A stretch of DNA of 63,573 nt, filler included, from Aduncisulcus paluster (Eukaryota), in assembly GCA_024181965.1 (NCBI GenBank). It is 8 parts of 8 records of this genome, joined end to end, with 100 filler letters (N's around TTAATTAATTAA, not from the genome) between each part and the next. Parts side by side here need not be neighbours in the genome. Positions count along the whole stretch, not along the records: positions 30,842 to 36,619 come from BQXS01011208.1; positions 36,720 to 49,482 come from BQXS01011209.1; 6 more parts are not named here. One strand, 5' to 3'. Both the position numbers and the translations under genes were made by a program. The notes below the pieces were generated by a model. It saw only the letters and a program-made list of their open reading frames with translations, had not been told where the DNA came from and ran no database searches. Shown here piece by piece: positions 35,741-49,582 of the stretch (the stretch's first letter is position 1; every line of letters begins with the position of its first letter).

Positions 35741-36619
35741 TGTTAGAGATTCACGAAAACAAGATGGTCACCACACTCACCCCTTACTTTCTGAGGGGTT
35801 GCCTGCAAGCACTCACACGAACCATCAGAAAATATACACTATTATACACAGCCATACCGAATAAACACTACACTACACAGGGAGTCTCAACACATAGTTA
35901 TTTATCACTTTGTATCCTGATCAAAATGGGTTAGATTCTTCATACACCTAGATATTATGTTTCCATCAGGCCACAACCCGGGGGAAACGGCACACCATTG
36001 GAATAAAAACCTGGATTCAGGGACCAAACTTCCAATGTTCACGACTATCACTTGTAAGTCGCCACACGAATGACATGAAAACCCGACACACTGGGAGAAA
36101 ACATCTCATTCACCACGGTATTTCACTATCTCAGAGAAAACCTCTATCACACAAAGGGGAATAAAACTCTAAGAATCATTACACAAACACTACACAGGGA
36201 AAACCCATTGTTGGGACACAAAACTCCCGTGTTTACACAAACACCTGGTCAGTAAACTCGTACACAGAGGAAAATCTGACCAGTAACACACAGGCACCCG
36301 TTAGCAAACCTCAATCTCACTACTAAGGAAAACCTAACGTATCACTTACACGGTTTCTTATGGGAAGATCACCACACTTACTCACAAGAACACTTTCACT
36401 ATCATGAGGAAAACCTTTATCACCAAAGGAGTAAAACCTCACAATTCACTTGGTTTGGACTCAGATATCAGCCTCACGTCGGTGATATCCACATGTCCAC
36501 ACCCACGTATGGTCGGTAAAAGAAGTAAAACCTGTCCATATTCACGATATAACACGGTCGTACGCCACTGAGCTTCAGGGAAAACTCCACAGGAGAACAC
36601 AAAACCCTCGAAGGCTCCA
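35741..36619 (+). other. Non-coding, highly self-complementary A/C-rich element (mobile-element end/leader or structured ncRNA), truncated by the linker
   Basis: Sharp compositional edge at 35741, no credible ORF, many stems, a recurring A-loop motif, and a degenerate direct repeat 36121-36170 / 36394-36440. Confidence 0.6.
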
Positions 36620-37626
36620 NNNNNNNNNNNNNNNNNNNNNNNNNNNNNNNNNNNNNNNNNNNNTTAATTAATTAANNNNNNNNNNNNNNNNNNNNNNNNN
36701 NNNNNNNNNNNNNNNNNNNACATACAATAAAATAAACGGTCTTTGTGTGTCCAGGAAAGAACGAAAGGAGACAAAATCGAAAAACAAAAATGGTCGATCC
36801 ATTTCATTTCATTTTGGACCCATTCCCGACCTCCCATGTCCGAATGTTTTATGCTACTAACCATAACTATGTAAAATGATTGCCTTGGTTGTGTTTTCCA
36901 AGAAGAGATTTCTCGATATTAGTATATAACCTTCCAGAACTTCCGATAGTCGCTACAACTTCCATTACTCCCTAAGTTGTCAACATGATGTCCATATATC
37001 CATTTATTATGATTTGTATAAACGCGATTAGTTGCCGATTTTATCATTCTTTTAAAGACTTTGTCTCTGTAGAAAATGGAATCCGATTCGAAATTCGAAT
37101 CTTCAAAACATGGTTGTTTGGGGATCTAAATGCCCCATTATCTGGGTTATTGTAACGATGGTCAAATCGATTTTAAGAAGTGGATTGCTGACGAGACATG
37201 GATAAGTAACTCTACTGTTGGTGAGTTTAATCGTCATTAACAGATCTTATTATGGTCTTTATCGAAGAACAAATGGTTTATATTTTATATGTAAATGAAC
37301 AAAAAAGTGTGTTGTGTTCCCCGCAGCAGTAGAATGTGGATGTATTGGAACAGATCCATCAGAAATCTTCCTTACCATATTCTACTCCTTAAAACCGCGG
37401 TATATATTTGTTTATCCAATTTTATTTCCTTGAATTGAAATGTCTTTCTACAAACGAGACTCCTTCATCTGAAAACAAAGTCAAAATCTTCCGTCATAGT
37501 ATGATGCAAAATAATCAATCTGACACAGAATTAAATTATAAAATTAAAAAGTAATGAATTATAAAAGACATTTATTTTTTTTATGAGGACCATAAAGGCT
37601 GAGAATGAGGATGAAACCTGATCAAA

Positions 37627-38160
37627 ATGAGGGACAATACCAGGATAATAATAGTTTCCAGCAATTCTAAGACCAAACTGAGATTCATTTCGGCTTGCAT
37701 CGAGCAGCTTCCCACGAGTCTTGAGACACTGACACTGAATAACATCGACATTGCGCCGAACACGGATTTCTCGCGTCTGACATCTCTGCGTGCATTGTAC
37801 TTGACCGTTGGCGACGTTTCTTCTGGCGACTACTGGGCGACTCAGCTGTCCTCCTTGAGTCCTCTGTTCGACTCCGACAATAACTATGATGTCACTGTGC
37901 AAGGCATGTTCCCAGCCTCACTCACCACGCTTTCCGTTGCTGGACGCACGAGTGTCACGTTCCCCGCCTTCTTCACGAGTCTCGCCCTGTCCGATACTCT
38001 CACCTTTGCCTGCGACTGTAGCGTCTTTGAATCTGACTCAGCCTTGGTTGATGATTATTATGATGTTGATTCGCCAATTAATGTTGATTATGAGAGTACT
38101 CATAACTATCGAGACTTAACTTCCATTCCATTTAAAGGATATATTTTGTTTATTGTATAA
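37627..38160 (+). pseudogene. Fragment of a leucine-rich-repeat (surface-protein-like) gene
   Basis: LPTSLETLTLNN, FSRLTSLRALYL and FPASLTTLSV LRR-like units lie in a GC-richer core (~37690-38045) with AT-rich, non-coding-looking ends. Confidence 0.45.
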
Positions 38161-38924
38161 GGGTAGATAAACATAACTGTGAAAAGTACACATCAGGCAT
38201 GTCAAATAGAAATTTGTAATCGAAGAAATAAGACAAGAAACCATTCAAAAACTTCAAAAATAGAAGAACGATTTGTTGTTGGTAACCAACTTGGTTGGAA
38301 TTGAAAAAATGTTATCACAAAAAGCTATGTAATTCATTTTAAGACAAATAACATCTTCAATGAAGATTCTTCATTTTGACAATGAAAAATTCGGGGAATA
38401 AAATAATAATAATAATAATAATAAAAAATAAAAAAAAAAACATTAAATCTTGAAAAATACAGATCATTTCAAGTGAAATTCATTATGATATTTTTCATAA
38501 ATCATCGTGAATGCATGCTCGTTGCAAAGAATTAAAATTAGAATTAGAATTAGATATTATATTCGAACTCACAGAAAAACAAAAATAGAGCCATTGAAAA
38601 ACAAACAAAACACTTTTGAAAAAATGGAGAAAAGGCAGGAATATCTTTGTTGCTTCCAAGCATATATTATTATAACAAAATTATTCATCAATGAAATAGC
38701 CAATAAGAAAAATATTCGAAAGATGTAAATAGCAATGATAACAAATTTACGGGACCAATAAGGGTAGAGCAGAAAAACAAAATGGATAGCAAATTATTAC
38801 ATTGGGAAAAGAATAATAATAATAATAATAAATAATTAAAAAAATCATTAGATATATAATTGTTTAATTGAATTTATGTCAACTATAAAATAAATTACTT
38901 CATGACAAGAAATAAAATTAATAT

Positions 38925-41900
38925 TTATACTTCATAAGTAGCAGTTTCTACATGTTCCATAACATCCTCAAGATTAGTTTCTCTAATTTCAAACTCTAAC
39001 TTGCAATCCAAACAAATAGGAAGAATTTTGACCAACAGAGAAAGATTGGAAATTCTCAGAACAAACTTTGAATTTGGAATTTCATGAGCCTCTTCAACTT
39101 CTTCCTCCTCTCCTCCTCTTCTCAGATCCTTACCGCTTCCAAGGCGTCCAGATGTTTCCTTTGATTTTTTGGATGAGTGAGAAATCTCTTTTAAAACATA
39201 TCCACGGCGTTTGGGCATAATTTTCCAGCCTTTCCGATACAATTCGGTGCAAAAGGCAGTAATTCCCACACTCATAATCTCTTCCTTCCTCTTCTTCTTC
39301 TTGGTCTCGCTTGAGATTCTCTGAAATTTCAATCATGTACCCACCACCTAGTTCTTCTTTCATCTCTGTACTTCCTCCCTGCTTAACGACTGTTCCTCGA
39401 GACATGAGCACAATGTGATCACACACATCTTCGGCATCTCCTAAAGTATGAGTGGATAGAAGAACACAACTGCTTTCGGCAGCAATTTCAAGCACAGAGA
39501 GAATGGAGGATCTGGTTGATGGATCAAGGCCAGAACAAGGTTCATCGGCAAGGACAATAGAAGGAACTGTTGAGAGAGAACATGCAAGAGTCAGACGACG
39601 TTTCATTCCACCACTGAGCTTCTTTGCAGGCTTATCGCAGCTATCGGCAAGTCCAACCGATTTCAAAATGGTCATGGCCTCGTCTCTCTTGAGAACAACC
39701 CCGTGAAGAAGAGAGAAGAAACACACATGATCGAGGGCAGATAAATTTGGCCAATACACATCTTGTTGAGGTGTAATGGCAACTTTACCACCCACAATAC
39801 CGGACATTCCTTTGATTACATGGTCATCAACGGTGATAGATCCACGTGTCATTGGAGATTGTCCAGTGAATGTTCCCATAAGAGAACTCTTTCCACCTCC
39901 ATTCCTAGCACATAAAGCAACAATCTCACCTTCTTTGAGATCCATTGAGACTCCACGAACGGCATGGGTATTATTGGGGTAAACAACGTGAATGCCACTC
40001 ACAGCAATCCTTGTCGGAGCAACAGTTCTTGAAGCTGATGTAAGAGTAGATACAGAGGAATCAACGGATGATACTACAGAGGAAGTCGAGATACTGGAAA
40101 CGCTAGAAACATGGGAAAGAGTTGGAGTTGAAATCTTAGAAATAGGGGTTGACATGCCTGGAAGTTGGGCTTCAAATGTTGGTTCTTTTGACAAAGCCAT
40201 GGCTACTGCAGCTTCCTTACGTTTTTTGTTCTCCTCAATCTCGGAATCGTTTATATACTGCTTGCTTGCTAACCAACGCTTGATCCGATCTCCCAAAATA
40301 TTAATGAGAAGATAAAGCCCAAAATAGATCACAATCTGGAATAACATAGTAAAAATAGAACCAGCGAAGGAGATGCAATTCCCAATTTTCCTCAAGCACA
40401 TTGCTTTAGCTCCCACAGCAGAGAAAGGGTAAAATCCAGCAGCTGAAAGATCAGATAACACTGTGAATACTCCCGTCATGGTGAAAGGGGGGAATACAAA
40501 GAAGAAGAAGAACAAAATTCCTGTAAGACTCACGCTATCATTATATAAAGCAGCCCAAATGGTCCCTCCCAGGATACCCAAAATCATCAGGAAGACATAT
40601 ATACTCATGAACTGCTCTTCTGAAGGAACAATTGAAGAAATGAATAGACCAAATGCCACAAACATTAGAAAAGATAGAAATATAACGAGGAACGAGGACA
40701 ACCACCCCTGCATCTTGTTCCAGAATTTAAGATCTGATGTTATACTCATGGAACTATAGTTATTCAGATCAATAAACGTTTCAAAACTATCAATCATGTC
40801 TTCCATGTTGGTTGCTTCTGATTGTTCGAGCCTTTCAATGGCATTCTCAAGATTTGCTTCAGCATCCACACTTGGAGAGAAATTGAAGGGTCCCACCAGA
40901 GCTGGCAATAAGACAGAGAGTAAAATGGATAGTACAAGGCAAGAAAGAACAATGAAAATAACACCAGAACATGAAAGCAAAGAAATGTTGATACCATGGA
41001 GCTTTAAGAATCCCTTATTGGTGTTTGTGGCAACGTCCATCAGAATTACAATCGTGATAATGACAACAAAGAAGGACACAATAAGAGTGAGGAAAAGGAG
41101 ACTGAAATTCAAATATGGTCTAGATTCACGCATTTTTTCAGGCAATCTCCTTCCTTCTCCTTCAATGGTGATGCTTGCTGGAGATATTTCAGCAGGGAGC
41201 TCAGAACAGGCAGGAACATTGAGTAAGTATGTGTCAGAGTATTCAGAGAGTTCATCTTCACTCATTGAGGCAATATATTCATCATAGGCTTCCTCAGAAC
41301 CAAACAAAACATGCTTTCCACATTCCAAACGCCCAGCATTTGTTGTTGGATAAGCAATTTGCCCTGTAGATTGGAGATATGATCTAATATGGGTCAATTC
41401 AGCAACTTGGGCAGTCACTAAACGTGCAGTCAGATCAGTGATAGTGTCAAAGATGTAAGGAAATGGTTGAATGATATCTGTATCACGTTGGAAGTAAATA
41501 TCTCTCTCTTTTGGCTTATGAATCGGCGGATAATATATATTTTCTGCATATTCACCAATGGAACCAAAGTTATTATCACTATAGGGAACATCAGTGAATA
41601 CATTAGTTTGAGTCTCAAGTCGTGTGTATCTCCTTACTAAATAATGGGGAAGATATGTATGAAGGACATATTCGAATGAAAACTCGAGATCATCGGCACC
41701 AGGGGTCGTAGAACCAGAAGAACCTTGCTCAGGAAGGAAATATCCATACTCGTTCACTTCAAGTCCAGCAACTGGGAATGTCCTTGCAGCATCGAAGTAG
41801 CCATCGTATCCAGCCCAATCTGAGTATTTTGTGATACCCACCGACTTTTTCTCATCCTGTGAGAAGAAAATATCCTCATGGAATTCCTCAACAGATATTG

Positions 41901-44900
41901 TCTCACCAGTGATGCATTTATCGCTGTGTTTGGGGTGGACCGTGCAACTTGGTAAAGTGTCTTGGAGAATAAACTCAAACCGCTGGTAAGCAAGCTTATT
42001 GACATATTCTAGGTAAACTTCTCTCCATTTCTGTGTTCTACACGTAGTTAAGGCACTAGAGATCTCAGAGTAAGACATTCCCGGTTCATATACTTCATCA
42101 TAACACTCACCAAGAATCTCACTCGTTATCTGTCTATATTCTTGACTGAACTGCCAATAAAATCCACCAGAAAGAAAAGCCATAATTCCAAACGTATTTA
42201 GATTATTCTCACTGTCGATATTTATAGAACTGCCAAGATCACAGTGTGGGTCGAACAGATCCGGATACTTGTCATACATGGCACGAATGGTTCTCAAGAC
42301 ACTAATCGGAGAATTTTCACTCCAATAATCGCCATAATTGTTAATTGACCAAGGAATATTCGTCATTGCCATTGAAGAAGGTTTCGAAGTGTTATAAAAT
42401 GTACCAATATCATTCAAAATTCGTGAGGGATATTTTGATGAATCCTGTCTAGATTCAAGCAATTGAATTACTCCACTTGCATACGATGACCAATACACAC
42501 GATAAACTTCATTGTTATCGTAATTGAAGAAAGAATTCATCTGATTGGCTCTTTGGCCACTAATATCGACACTTACAGGGAAATAATATATCAAATTGGT
42601 ACAATAATCTATTTGTCCGGTCCATCCGTCATACCTTTCTTGAAGACACATGGATAATATTGTAGAATCGTCATATTGGGTAGAGGAATCTTCATGTGAG
42701 CTATTGTATTTGCCACGACACCAAGAAACACACGCGCTGAGACCACGTTCGAGAAGATAATAATCGTCAGTGATCTGCATTGTAGCGTTTAGTTTGTCTC
42801 CAGCGTTGAAAATAGTCAGCAAGACAACGAGCAAGAGACAAGAAGACACCAAAACAATGCATAATTGAATGATTGATGAACTAACATGTTTCTTAATAAG
42901 GGCTTTAAGACGAATAAAACCAAGAGAACTTGACTCGTTCGAATCATCCTCTTCTTCATCCTCCTCTTCGTCCGTGTCGGCATATGGATCATCATCGTCG
43001 AAAATGACTCCCTTTTGTCTATTTCTAATTGCAGACAACTCTTTCCTCACTTTTCTCTGTGAAGAATCGGCAGTGAACATACGATTAGCCTTTGCAATCA
43101 CATCGACCCCTTCGATAACTCCAGTTCCTTCGGACATGATTTCTTCGTCAACCTTTCTCTGAGTGTCCTCGATTCTTTCAATCAAAAGGAAAGTATCTTC
43201 CAAATTTCTTGTTCTAACGCTGCAAGACACAATCACATGACCACGGTGGCTACAGTGGTCAACACGCCGTACAAACTCTTCAATGTCACGTTCATGAACG
43301 CATACACGCACACTCTTCTTGAAAAGACTTAAGATCAGTGGAGTACATGTGAAATTACTCTCACCGGAGGCATGTTCACGTAAGACATGTTTCATAAGAC
43401 CAGATAATGTCACAGGCCCTTCAATAGCAGAGCCACGTTGTCTTTTAAGTTCTCGAAGAGCTGCTTTGGATGGTTGGGCCTGACTTCTCACAATAACAAC
43501 CATTCCATGTTCAAGGAACAAACTTCCCTGAGATCTCACATCAGAGAATGGCAACATACCTGACCTTTGCTGCTTCAACTGATGATTACTACGTTTGACC
43601 ATCACACTTCCTCCTTCACCCACACTGCTCCTGGCACTACCACTGCTGTGATCACGGGCAGAGTCAACTCTTATCTGTGATATAGTCATCGCACGATCAG
43701 ATACATCACTGTTTTCACTGTCTGGAGCTCTATCTCCAAGGGAAGCTGGCTCAGAATCAGCTGAAGACAAAGACGAAGAGGAAGAACCATCATTACCAAT
43801 AGGTTCATCAGCATCTCTTCTCTCTCCTCTCATCTCACCTGGCCTGACAATATCTTTTTCATCATCTTCCAACAAATGCGAGGTATGAACACTTCCGAGA
43901 CCATTCCATCCACGGCGAGCGGATCCGTGTTGTTTCACACGTCGATTATTGTTACCATTACTACTGCGAACATTGCTCATTTTAATGCATTTGGGTGTTC
44001 CACGAGCAACAACGTTTCCCTTTCGAAGGATAATGACTCCATCACTCATTTTCTCAACATCGTCAAGATCATGAGAAGTAAACAAAACTGCACATCCAGC
44101 ATTGGCATGGCGTTTGAGGGTTCGAGTCAGAGTACGACGAGTCATAAAGTCTAAACCAGTACCGACTTCATCAAGGACAATGAGAGGAGACACGCAGGAA
44201 CATGCCATACTTCCACAAACACGACGTTGTTCTCCACCACTGAGGTTATTGGCATGGATATGGAGTTTATGCAGGAGATGGAAAGAACGGAGCAAAGAGA
44301 ATGAGAACACATCAACAAGGACGGAGAAAGGAATTCCCTCAAGGATTTCCTCATCAATTCCATTTTCTCTCAGATACTTCTTCCTCCTTCTTTTCCCAAT
44401 GGGTCCAAGAGACATAATGCTCCTTGGAAGACCAGGTACACCCTTAAGAAGCCATAACAATTTGAGATGTTCCCTAACAGTGACATTATCCCATACGTAC
44501 TCATTCGTTTGAGGACCCACACCAACCTGAATCTTGACTTTCCTAGCCTTGTAAGGGTTAGAATCCACACTAGTGCCATAAACAGATATATGCGAGTCTT
44601 CATCTTTGTTGCACATCTCTTCTCCAGTCAGTATACGGACAGCAGTCGTCTTGCCGCTTCCACTATTCCCGCACAAAGAGATAATCTTTGAATGGGGAAG
44701 CTCAAATGAAAGGGAAGAAAGAGCATTCACTTGCATTAATTTCTTTGAGTTCTTCTTCTTCTTCTTTTGACTGGTACTACCTTTCTTCTTTCCTTTCTTT
44801 CCCTTTCTGGATGAATCAGAGCCACCATTTGAGGAACAACATGAACAAGCAACTTCATAGGTCTTTGAAATAGAAGAACATGCCAACACTGGTTTGTCAG

Positions 44901-47900
44901 TTTGGGTGNNNNNNNNNNNNNNNNNNNNCGGACAGCAGTCGTCTTGCCGCTTCCACTATTCCCGCACAAAGAGATAATCTTTGAATGGGGAAGCTCAAAT
45001 GAAAGGGAAGAAAGAGCATTCACTTGCATTAATTTCTTTGAGTTCTTCTTCTTCTTCTTTTGACTGGTACTACCTTTCTTCTTTCCTTTCTTTCCCTTTC
45101 TGGATGAATCAGAGCCACCATTTGAGGAACAACATGAACAAGCAACTTCATAGGTCTTTGAAATAGAAGAACATGCCAACACTGGTTTGTCAGTTTGGGT
45201 GGCTGGGTCGATTTGCACAAAAGGCCAAGAAGGAATAGAAGAAAGCAAAGAAGCAACAGTAGGATCACATTTTTCCAAAAATACTTTCTCACCTTCCTGA
45301 TACTCCTCAGTTTTAGTGTCAATGTCACGAGAAGCAAATGCAGACCCGTGTTCATGAACCCTTGCAGCCTCATGAATGCGTGCATAAGGGTCAGAAGAAG
45401 ACATCGCTGAGTCTTCCTGCTCACCTGTTATGAGAGATCCACCAGAAATCAAGTGTGATCCAGCAGTAGTAGTGTTTTCATCATCAGCTAAAATAGCAGA
45501 ACCGCCCATTTCATACACTCCATTCCCAGCTGCTCTGCGTTTAATGGCAGCCAGAGCAGACATATCCCCATCGGGGGATTCTCTTCTTTGTCGTTTCTCC
45601 CGTTTAACACGCTCAAGTTCAAGTTTGAGATGGTTGAAGAAAGCTACAGCTTCAGTCGAAAGCATAGAATCTCTTTTATATGAATCTCCAAGGTTTCCAT
45701 CATCCACGGGTTCTTCTTCATCGCCCTCCCTTCCTTCTTCCCCACCTGCAAGAACAACACGAGTACTATCGGGATCAAAGCTTTCTTTCCCTGTTTCAAG
45801 ATCACCAGATGTTGTTCCAAAGGCTTCGGCACGATCGGTTGCGAGTTCAGAACGTTTCTTTCTGATGTCATCTCGGAGACTGTACCAGAACCTTTTATCG
45901 AAAATGAACCAGAAAGGGTATTGGACTAATCCATCAATGGGTATCACGTTAGTTACATACATAGTGAGGAGAGTGTAGGAAACACATTGAACAAGCATCT
46001 TGACAAGAGCAAGACCAAATAATGGGACAGTAAACCAACATGTTCCAACGTCCATCGTTTCGAAGATACTTCCAAGACAAGGAATGGAGATACTGTGATA
46101 ATCATGACATTCTTTATCAGACCAAATGCATGACATCTTAAAATAGATACTATCGACGTATTGAATGGAACTTGATTCGGTGTCGGTTTCTTCTTCCTCT
46201 TCAGCAATCTGAATATTAGAGGAAAGAGTTGCTTGTTTCTCAGTCTCATCATCATTTTCTAAAAATAGATCATCGAGGAAAGAAATATCTCCCTCATCGA
46301 AAAGAGAAGAGAAATAATAATTATTATTATTGTCGTGACCACTGTTATCATCAATACTATAGTCATTAATAACTGGAACAGAGTTTGTATATACGATATT
46401 TCCAGTCTGATATTGTTCCCAAGAAGCTTGAACAAGAGGATTGCACAGAGCAGTCACAGATCCCATGGGAGCGAAGAAAGCAAAAGTTGGGAACATCCAT
46501 TCGATAATTCCAGGAATAGAGAGCGCACTGTCATCGTACATAATGAATGGGGCAAGAGAAAGACTGGGAATTGCGAGAACAGCAGTGACGAAAAGGGAAA
46601 GAAATATTGTCACGATTAAGCATACTGAGAATGAAGGAATCACGGAGACAAGAAAAACTCCAAGACATGAAAGTCCCGCATATTGCATGAAAAAGAATGG
46701 GAAAGTAAACCAAAATGAAGAGTTTTCAAAAGGTGGGAGCGGACATATCCATTTGGACACAAAACATTGCAATAGAGCAGTAACAAAGCCTATAATTGAA
46801 AGAGAAAGTACCCAAACTAAAGCATTCATGGTTTCATTGACACCCAACATTCTCAATGAAACTCCTCGTTTGCTGGTCTTCTCTCGAAGAGGGATGCTCA
46901 CGGCAAGGATAAACCACACAGCAGAGCATCCAATGATAGACATGCTAACAAATTCCTCATCTTCGGCCATGACAAAGTCAGTGATCTCGGGAAGTTTGGC
47001 GAAGGAAGGAGAGTGTGTCAAAGGGAGCGTATAACCATCNNNNNNNNNNNNNNNNNNNNAAAGTACCCAAACTAAAGCATTCATGGTTTCATTGACACCC
47101 AACATTCTCAATGAAACTCCTCGTTTGCTGGTCTTCTCTCGAAGAGGGATGCTCACGGCAAGGATAAACCACACAGCAGAGCATCCAATGATAGACATGC
47201 TAACAAATTCCTCATCTTCGGCCATGACAAAGTCAGTGATCTCGGGAAGTTTGGCGAAGGAAGGAGAGTGTGTCAAAGGGAGCGTATAACCATCAATAAG
47301 GTCTGCATCTTCATTGGAAGCATTTCCGACACCTCCAATCATACGTGTAAGGACATCATGGACGGCAGTCTGCATTTGAACTGCCCTTTCAGTGGTGAAC
47401 AAGTTGTCTTGGGCATACTGAGCTAGCTGATCATCACGGACGAACCACCCATGGTCAATGTCAGTAGTATTGAGGAAAAGATGGTATTGGAAGGTTGACG
47501 GGTAACCAATGCTCTCTGGATCATTCACAGGTGCCTCTGCATCACCAGAAGTGGCATTTCTAGTCAGACGATGCTCATCCTCCGTCGTAAGTGTCAGAGC
47601 ATAAAATATGGGTGTGCCTTCCTGTGACATCGATGACACATCAAAGTCGGCCGACACATAGTCATCTTTCAGATGCACAGAAGCGAATGATGCTGATGTG
47701 GAAGAATATTGTGAGGAAGATCCATCACCAACCTCAACAAAGTGGAGATGGGATAGAGAAGAGTCTAGACTCGCATCATAATTCTGCTTAATGGGTTGGA
47801 GTTCCTCAGAGAACATATTTATATCAGCATTCAGAGATTCCAATGGAGAAGTCACAATAATATCGGTGGAAACCTCGGATAGGGCAAGATCGACAGGCCA

Positions 47901-48299
47901 CATTTCCTTTTCATCGGGAAATTGTGTCCGGAACGCATAAGTAATAATGTCAGATTCATCATCAAAACCGACAACATCGCTTGGATCCCAGCCATTCAAT
48001 TTGGCCACACCATGGGCAAGCTGAGTTGCAAGCGGATCATCTTTTGGTGCATAAGCCAATGTGATACATGAGTGGTCCGGGATCAAAAGCCCCTCAGGAG
48101 TGTATACTTGACACTTTGGGGCTGCACTCAATGAAATGCCTTCTGAATCGCCAGAATATGTTCTAGAAAGAATAAAGGACAAAACAATATACAGCAGAAT
48201 AAAAATAACGGACGGAAATATCGCCAAGCATATCACACTAGCCTTCTGGGTTTTAAATACCAGATAATTCTTGTATAGAAGCCCTATAAATTGACCCAT
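38925..48299 (-). CDS. Full-size ABCA-family transporter (TMD-NBD-TMD-NBD), ~2940 aa after removing two gap overlaps and correcting one frameshift
   Basis: NBD1: GNSGSGKTT, LSGGEQRR, LDEVGTGLD, TSH. NBD2: ARNGGGKSS, LSGGMKRR, ADEPCSGLD, STH. N-terminal LLYKNYL. xLEDxF-type motifs follow both NBDs, the second (TNLEDVM) in ORF 38925-39332. Overlaps: 44636-44908 = 44929-45201 and 46805-47039 = 47060-47294. Confidence 0.9.
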
Positions 48300-48574
48300 T
48301 TTTCAAATATTCCGAATGGAAATAAGAAAAATGAATTCGCTGGCAAAGAAATGGCTGCCACGGTGACGGTGTCAATTTTATTTTTGGATTGACCTGAAAA
48401 TGCCGAAATAATTGGTGAGGTGGACGATTTAATGTTGGTATACGTTAATAATGGATATAATATATTATTTAAATCGATGTTAATTGTTGATATTTCCTGT
48501 TGTTTATTGCTCAGCAAAGAACTTCTTTCAAAGCATTAAACAATTCCACCCAAAGATACGACGGGAACGGGCTG

Positions 48575-48820
48575 TGATTTCTTTCTTTCTTTTTTTTTTT
48601 TTTTTTTTTTTTTTACTGCTACTTAAAAGAGACAAAGACATAATTAACTAAGAACTAAGAAGACACGGAAGACAGGTGTGTGTGTGAGAGAGAGAGATAG
48701 AGAGATAGAGAGATAGAGAGATATGACGTGCACGGTGAAGTGACGTGTTGATGGATGAGGAGATAGAGTTGAGAGCCAATGATGATGACAACAACAACAA
48801 TAATAATAATAATAATAAGG
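48575..48820. repeat. Cluster of simple repeats: poly-T, (GT)n(GA)n, AGAGAT-type, (ACA)n(ATA)n
   Basis: Directly visible between the ABCA start and the SDR stop. Confidence 0.9.
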
Positions 48821-49004
48821 GGGAAGAAAGAATAGAAAACGTCGAAAAGTAAAAACGTAGAAAGGCTCTCACAGGATCAATGAGCAAGATGATCAAAAGT
48901 TAAAATACAACGTAGAGAATAGGAGTAGCGGGTTATTTTTCATTTGTTCCTTTCTGTAAAAGAAAAGAGTGGATCGAGAAAATCAAAAAGGACAGCGGTC
49001 ATTT

Positions 49005-49482
49005 TCATTTCACTGGGGGAATCTGGTTCTCCATTTGGAAGACGAGAGGACAGTAAGACTCGGCCTCAGCGACGAAGAGTGCAGCGTCGGCGACTTCCTT
49101 GGGGAGGATCATCTTCTTCAAGTCGAAGGCGTCCAAGTAGGACAGGAGGTCTGTGGACACACATGCAGGGTGGATGGAACACACCTTGATACCCTCGGTA
49201 CGAACTTCCTTGAACACACACTTGGTGAAGGCGAGGAGACCCTCCTTGGAGGCACCGTAAGCAGAGTAAACACCCATGCACTCAAAGGCAGCCATGGAGT
49301 TCACGTAGAGCAAGCAACCGATACGGTCGAGACCAGCCTTGTCACGAGCTTCCTGGCCCTTGATGATCAGAGGAGTGATACGGGCTGTCAACATCATGGG
49401 GATCTGAAGGTTGAGCTTGATGACTCTTTCCATGGAAGCAAGGGTCTGCTCGGTGCATTCACTACCAACAGGAGTCTCGGTG
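49005..49482 (-). CDS. Short-chain dehydrogenase/reductase, C-terminal part (5'-truncated)
   Basis: VNSMAA, catalytic YGASK, GIKVCSIHPACVST, EVADAALF. Confidence 0.9.
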
Positions 49483-49582
49483 NNNNNNNNNNNNNNNNNN
49501 NNNNNNNNNNNNNNNNNNNNNNNNNNTTAATTAATTAANNNNNNNNNNNNNNNNNNNNNNNNNNNNNNNNNNNNNNNNNNNN

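Noticed and set aside
35975..36610. CRISPR-like array
   Set aside because: The recurring motif is short, degenerate and irregularly spaced; the context is eukaryotic with no cas genes.
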